Origin: a virus
DNA length: 40,632 nucleotides
Direction: 5' to 3' (one strand)
Virus record (IMG/VR): IMGVR_UViG_3300022918_000007
Coordinates: 1 to 40,632 of that record
Part shown: piece by piece, positions 37,242 to 40,632 of the stretch
Layout: every line of letters begins with the position of its first letter
Numbering within the stretch: position 1 is the first letter of the stretch
The notes under the pieces: generated by a model
Databases searched by the model: none
Seen by the model: the letters and a program-made list of their open reading frames with translations, nothing else
Told to the model about the DNA's origin: nothing
Translations under genes and position numbers: made by a program

Positions 37242-37616
37242 ATGAAAGAAATTACACATAGAGGAAAGTGGTTGTCAGATCAGATAAAGGAAAAAGGAAT
37301 AGCGATTGACCTTATGGCTACAGCGCTAGGGATGGTTAGAACATCGATTTACAAGTGGCGAGACCAGCCATCGTTGAGCTTTAAGGTTATGAAAGCCGCC
37401 GCAGACTTCATTGAAATTGATCTTCGTGACCACTTCAGTAATGTTGATTATCTCTATGCTGAACCACTGCGAGTTTCCGATAAATACATTGAGCTACTGG
37501 AAAAACACTCTGCACTGCAGGAAAAATGTATACTTCAATCTGAGCAATTAGCTGAATATGAACGCCGTTTCGGCGTCTTACCGGGACTGTATCGGGACAG
37601 TAACGATAAAAAATAA
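37242..37616 (+). CDS. XRE/CI-like HTH repressor
   Basis: IDLMATALGMVRTSIYKWRDQPS helix-turn-helix with a coiled-coil C-terminus. ATG at 37242; the listed TTG start at 37227 lies inside the promoter box. Confidence 0.65.
   Translation: MKEITHRGKWLSDQIKEKGIAIDLMATALGMVRTSIYKWRDQPSLSFKVMKAAADFIEIDLRDHFSNVDYLYAEPLRVSDKYIELLEKHSALQEKCILQSEQLAEYERRFGVLPGLYRDSNDKK
37581..37603 (+). repeat. 23-bp perfect direct repeat, copy 1 (CCGGGACTGTATCGGGACAGTAA)
   Basis: Identical to 37741-37763. It encodes the repressor C-terminus PGLYRDS. Confidence 0.9.
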
Positions 37617-37694
37617 GCGCTGCAGCTCAACAAAACCGTTGAATTTTCACGATAAAATGGCAGTAAAGAATCCTACATTCTCCGCAAAAGGTAG

Positions 37695-37722
37695 GGAAAA
37701 CCCAGCATTAGCTGGGTTTTCC
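37695..37722. terminator. Perfect 12-bp-stem hairpin between the repressor and integrase genes
   Basis: GGAAAACCCAGC-atta-GCTGGGTTTTCC. The U-tract is weak, so a terminator function is uncertain. Confidence 0.5.
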
Positions 37723-37730
37723 GCTTATAT

Positions 37731-37763
37731 CCCGGAAATTCCGGGACTGTATCGGGACAGTAA
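37731..37763 (+). repeat. 15-bp palindrome CCCGGAAATTCCGGG (37731-37745) overlapping 23-bp direct repeat copy 2 (37741-37763)
   Basis: Read directly. 7-bp arms CCCGGAA/TTCCGGG. Confidence 0.9.
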
Positions 37764-37783
37764 GTGTTTAGGGGTCATTTTTA

Positions 37784-38935
37784 ATGTTCCTAAATAAAAA
37801 AATGTCTAAAATTTCAGCAATTATAAGTTTTATTCCAGCTCAGCTCTACGAGGGAAAAGAGTGGTTTGTCGGCTATTATTGTTTTAATCCAGTAACATCA
37901 CAGCTGCAGCGAAAGAAAGTTAAGATCAACCGGATCCGCTCGATCGTTGAGCGCCGGAAGTACGCTCAGACCGTAATCAGGGAGATCAATTCGAAGCTTC
38001 ACTCCGGATGGAATCCTTTCCTGGAAGAAGAGGCTCCAAAAGGGTTCGTCCTGCTATCGGCCGCAATGAACACCTTCTTCCGGAGTAAAGAGCGCGAGCT
38101 TCGGCCAGATTCTCTCCGAAGCTATTCCTCGTACATCAAAATGCTCAACGCGTACCTGGCCACGATCGATCAGCAAAAAATATTCGCGGTTAACTTTACC
38201 TCGAGCATGGCCATGTCATTCATGAACGAGATGTACAACTCGAAGAGACTATCGACCACAACCTTCAATAACTACCGTATATTCTTCCTGACTCTCTGGA
38301 ACTGGCTGAAGGAAAACGAATACGTTGCCTCGAACGCTTTCTCCAGGATAAAGAAAAAGAAAGCAGGAGAGAAAGAGCGGATCATGATACCGATTCCGGT
38401 TCGGGATCTCGTTAAAGATCACCTGGAGGCCACCGATTATAACTTCCTGATCTGTTGTCTGCTGGTGTTTCATTCATTACTGCGTCCAAAAGAGATCTGC
38501 TGGCTGAAGCCAAATTGCTTTTTCCTGGCAGAGCAGACGATCAGAGTAACGTCGAGCTCAGCGAAAAATGGTCATCTCCGGACGGCTACCATTCCGGACT
38601 CCCTAATGCCATTCCTGGTACAATGGGACTTTAATAGGGCGGCCAGTGAGGAGTTTATCTTTTCTGATGGAATGCTACCTGGGAAGGTTCCTGTGAATCC
38701 CCGTGAGTGGTCCCGGAAATGGTCAAACATGCGGAGGGAACTTAAGATCCCGGCACCAATGAAACTTTACTCGCTCAGGGATACTGGAATAGTTCAGCTG
38801 CTTCGAGATGGCGTCTCTCCGGACGACGTCATGAGACACGCTGATCACTCCTCCTTGGCCGTAACATCGATCTACCTGAGGTATGCCAATCTCTCCGGAT
38901 CCGATCAGATCCGGAGAAAGGGATCAGCTTTTTAA
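37784..38935 (+). CDS. int: Tyrosine recombinase / phage integrase
   Basis: LLRPKEICWLK (Arg), LYSLRDTG (Arg) and HADHSSLAVTSIYLRY (His...Tyr). An N-terminal SAM-like region is present. The start may be the ATG at 37802. Confidence 0.85.
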   Translation: MFLNKKMSKISAIISFIPAQLYEGKEWFVGYYCFNPVTSQLQRKKVKINRIRSIVERRKYAQTVIREINSKLHSGWNPFLEEEAPKGFVLLSAAMNTFFRSKERELRPDSLRSYSSYIKMLNAYLATIDQQKIFAVNFTSSMAMSFMNEMYNSKRLSTTTFNNYRIFFLTLWNWLKENEYVASNAFSRIKKKKAGEKERIMIPIPVRDLVKDHLEATDYNFLICCLLVFHSLLRPKEICWLKPNCFFLAEQTIRVTSSSAKNGHLRTATIPDSLMPFLVQWDFNRAASEEFIFSDGMLPGKVPVNPREWSRKWSNMRRELKIPAPMKLYSLRDTGIVQLLRDGVSPDDVMRHADHSSLAVTSIYLRYANLSGSDQIRRKGSAF

Positions 38936-39735
38936 ATAGGATAATTCGCAGTCATAGCTTCTGTTTTCCTGCTGGTTGGCAAAGAGCTTGCTGAAAGCGG
39001 CATGTTTTTGTCCGATGAGTACCATTCGTGTCGATCTCTGTACTCTTGTAAGGTATCATTGGGATAGCTTGATAATAAGAATTTGCCTTTTAGAGTGCTG
39101 AGAACATCAAGCAGAGTGTTGAAGTTTTCCTGTGTATAACCTCCGTAATGCCCTTGATTACTATTAACATAAGGCGGGTCGATATAAAAGAAAGCTTCTG
39201 GGCAATCACAGCGCTTAATGAGTTCTACAGCATCCATGTGCTCTATTTGCGTTAGATCTAATCGTCGGGACAGATTAACATCGAACGATTCACGTTTATT
39301 AAAGCACATATTACTTTCTTTACTTGTAATCGAAGAAGATCTCCAGGATCCGATCTTATTTGAAAATCCCTGGACTGTTCCTACCCAAAATGCCCAGGCC
39401 CGATGCACTGAAGAAAAAAGATAAGGGCAGTTATATATGGTCATGGCGTTTTTGTAGACGTCCCTACTGAATGGGGTTGCATCTACCATCAACTTTAATT
39501 CAGTGAAATTGGTTTTTAGCTCACGATAAAACGTTATGACATTTCCGTTATAATCGTTAATTATTTCGACTTCAGAAGGTCGTTTGCCCCAGAAAACAGC
39601 ACCTCCACCAAAGAAAGGCTCGCAGTATACGCGATGCTCTGGAATTAGTGGTAGAATGTGCTTCAGCATTGATTGTTTGCCACCGTAGTAGCTGATTGGT
39701 GTTTTAAGGCCGATTTTGGCCGGTGTTTTACTCAT
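38932..39735 (-). CDS. dam: N6-adenine DNA methyltransferase (Dam/D12 class)
   Basis: YYGGKQSML, FFGGGAVFW (motif I) and FFYIDPPY (motif IV). Confidence 0.9.
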   Translation of the reverse strand: MSKTPAKIGLKTPISYYGGKQSMLKHILPLIPEHRVYCEPFFGGGAVFWGKRPSEVEIINDYNGNVITFYRELKTNFTELKLMVDATPFSRDVYKNAMTIYNCPYLFSSVHRAWAFWVGTVQGFSNKIGSWRSSSITSKESNMCFNKRESFDVNLSRRLDLTQIEHMDAVELIKRCDCPEAFFYIDPPYVNSNQGHYGGYTQENFNTLLDVLSTLKGKFLLSSYPNDTLQEYRDRHEWYSSDKNMPLSASSLPTSRKTEAMTANYPI

Positions 39736-39751
39736 CTTATCTTATATTTGT

Positions 39752-39847
39752 GTTCCTCAACAAAATTTACAGTACACATCCACTGCAAGGGATATTACCC
39801 CCTGGTCAAGTGCAATGTGTACTGTATTTTTTATTTTGTTGAGGAAC
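39752..39847. repeat. Composite inverted repeat: 15-bp and 12-bp perfect sub-arms around a 35-nt loop
   Basis: Left arm GTTCCTCAACAAAAT-tt-TACAGTACACAT (sub-arms overlap by one T). Right arm ATGTGTACTGTA-tttttt-ATTTTGTTGAGGAAC. A TATATTTG box lies at 39743-39750 on the plus strand. Confidence 0.85.
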
Positions 39848-39871
39848 TAATAAGAGATGGCCGGGGGTTCT

Positions 39872-40632
39872 TTAATCGAGCCGGCGCTTTTGTAAGATCC
39901 AAGTCTTCCTAATTCTAACCCAGCCCAACATCAACGCAGCGCCAAGGAAGAACAATATGAATGCTCCAATAAAAGGCCTGTAATTGATAGTTTTCTCAGT
40001 GACCTTCTTTTCAATCTTTTCGTCCGTTTTTGTTATAGTTGAGCTCAAACGCTTTTCGTATTCTCTAAGTAAGATTAATGCTGAGTCCAGTTTTGTTTTA
40101 AAGATCAGATCACCGTTAACATATCGAACCTCTGTTCGCCAGTTTCCGTTCTGCTGGCTCAGCAGTCCTTCCTCCAGGAGCGCCTGCAGCGCAAAAACAG
40201 AAGTGTTTGAATCGGCAGGAATGTAGACTGGTCGCACTGTCTCTTTCTCATAAGTGAAGGTGCTGTCGTGATAATAGTGTTTCTCCGTTGCTTCATTAGT
40301 AAGCCGTTTCAGTCGGTCGCAGGATCCGAGCGTTAAGGCGCTAAAAAGCACCGCTACCACGAATAGTCCTTCCTTTTCCTTTTTGATCGCTCTGACGAGT
40401 CCCAGGGCTTTCCTGATCGCGCCAAGCAGGCCTTTGCCGGTTATTTGTTTGCAGATTGAGTCCATCATGTAGGTTTCGAACGCAACCAGGATAATGCAGC
40501 CGAGCTTCGTAGCACCGTAATCGAAAGACAGAACTATTCTGCTCCAGTCATTGATCGCATATTTATCCAGGAGAAATAATGTTGCGATGCAAAGCTGGAA
40601 AACACCGGTGCGCATCACAAACATCATCATCT
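39872..40632 (-). CDS. 3' part of the wrap-around multi-pass membrane protein (5' end at 1..302)
   Basis: Listed ORF 39872..40630. It has no true start in this copy, because the reading frame continues through the 127-bp overlap. Confidence 0.65.
   Translation of the reverse strand, partial: MMMFVMRTGVFQLCIATLFLLDKYAINDWSRIVLSFDYGATKLGCIILVAFETYMMDSICKQITGKGLLGAIRKALGLVRAIKKEKEGLFVVAVLFSALTLGSCDRLKRLTNEATEKHYYHDSTFTYEKETVRPVYIPADSNTSVFALQALLEEGLLSQQNGNWRTEVRYVNGDLIFKTKLDSALILLREYEKRLSSTITKTDEKIEKKVTEKTINYRPFIGAFILFFLGAALMLGWVRIRKTWILQKRRLD
40506..40632. repeat. Terminal overlap: identical to 1-127
   Basis: Base-by-base comparison. Confidence 0.9.

Noticed and set aside
37558-37797. 79-aa plus-strand ORF bridging the repressor and integrase genes, which repeats the peptide PGLYRDS.
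   Set aside because: The repeated peptide is a by-product of the 23-bp DNA repeat. The ORF runs through a 12-bp-stem hairpin and a palindrome and overlaps both neighbours. A real small gene (for example an excisionase) cannot be fully excluded.

Overview
The window is a complete, circularly closed genome of about 40.5 kb from a temperate tailed phage or excised prophage. Bases 1-127 are identical to 40506-40632, and a membrane-protein CDS reads in frame across that junction. There are about 55 tightly packed genes, nearly all on the minus strand. In minus-strand transcription order the modules are: (1) a divergent repressor/cro-like switch at 37.1-37.2 kb; (2) an early replication operon with a 1084-aa primase-helicase (37106 down to 32198); (3) a tail module with a chaperone-like gene, a 1177-aa tape measure, a 2.2-kb terminator-bounded moron island, then baseplate and fibre genes; (4) two lysins; (5) a 436-bp non-coding repeat region; (6) two small genes; (7) an S49 prohead protease, a capsid candidate, and small and large terminase; (8) a 16-gene early-type accessory block (winged-helix regulator, two HNH proteins, DUF1643, P-loop ATPase, ASCH-like); (9) a portal candidate; (10) a membrane protein; (11) Dam methylase. 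The integrase and the repressor are on the plus strand. TAnnTTTG -7 boxes and the lack of Shine-Dalgarno sequences suggest a Bacteroidota host. I recognised no rRNA, tRNA, CRISPR array, transposase or reverse transcriptase. The most interesting signals are non-coding: (a) 12 CGTGCTA(A/C)C octamers arranged convergently around a 14% GC core at 18.4-18.7 kb, with three more copies at 4.6 kb; (b) a 49-bp hairpin cassette (45/49 identical) sitting directly on the start codons of the head and portal modules; (c) near-identical promoters with 11-bp phased GAAAC/A-tract units at 37.1 and 10.6 kb, with partial copies at 18.4 and 28.0 kb; (d) a perfect 23-bp direct repeat, a 12-bp-stem hairpin and a palindrome between the repressor and integrase genes; (e) a roughly 96-bp composite inverted repeat upstream of dam; (f) a (TAA)10 microsatellite starting at the primase stop codon; (g) QLNLF C-termini, matching the beta-clamp-binding motif, on two phage proteins. 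All functional calls come from motif recognition by eye, without database searches.
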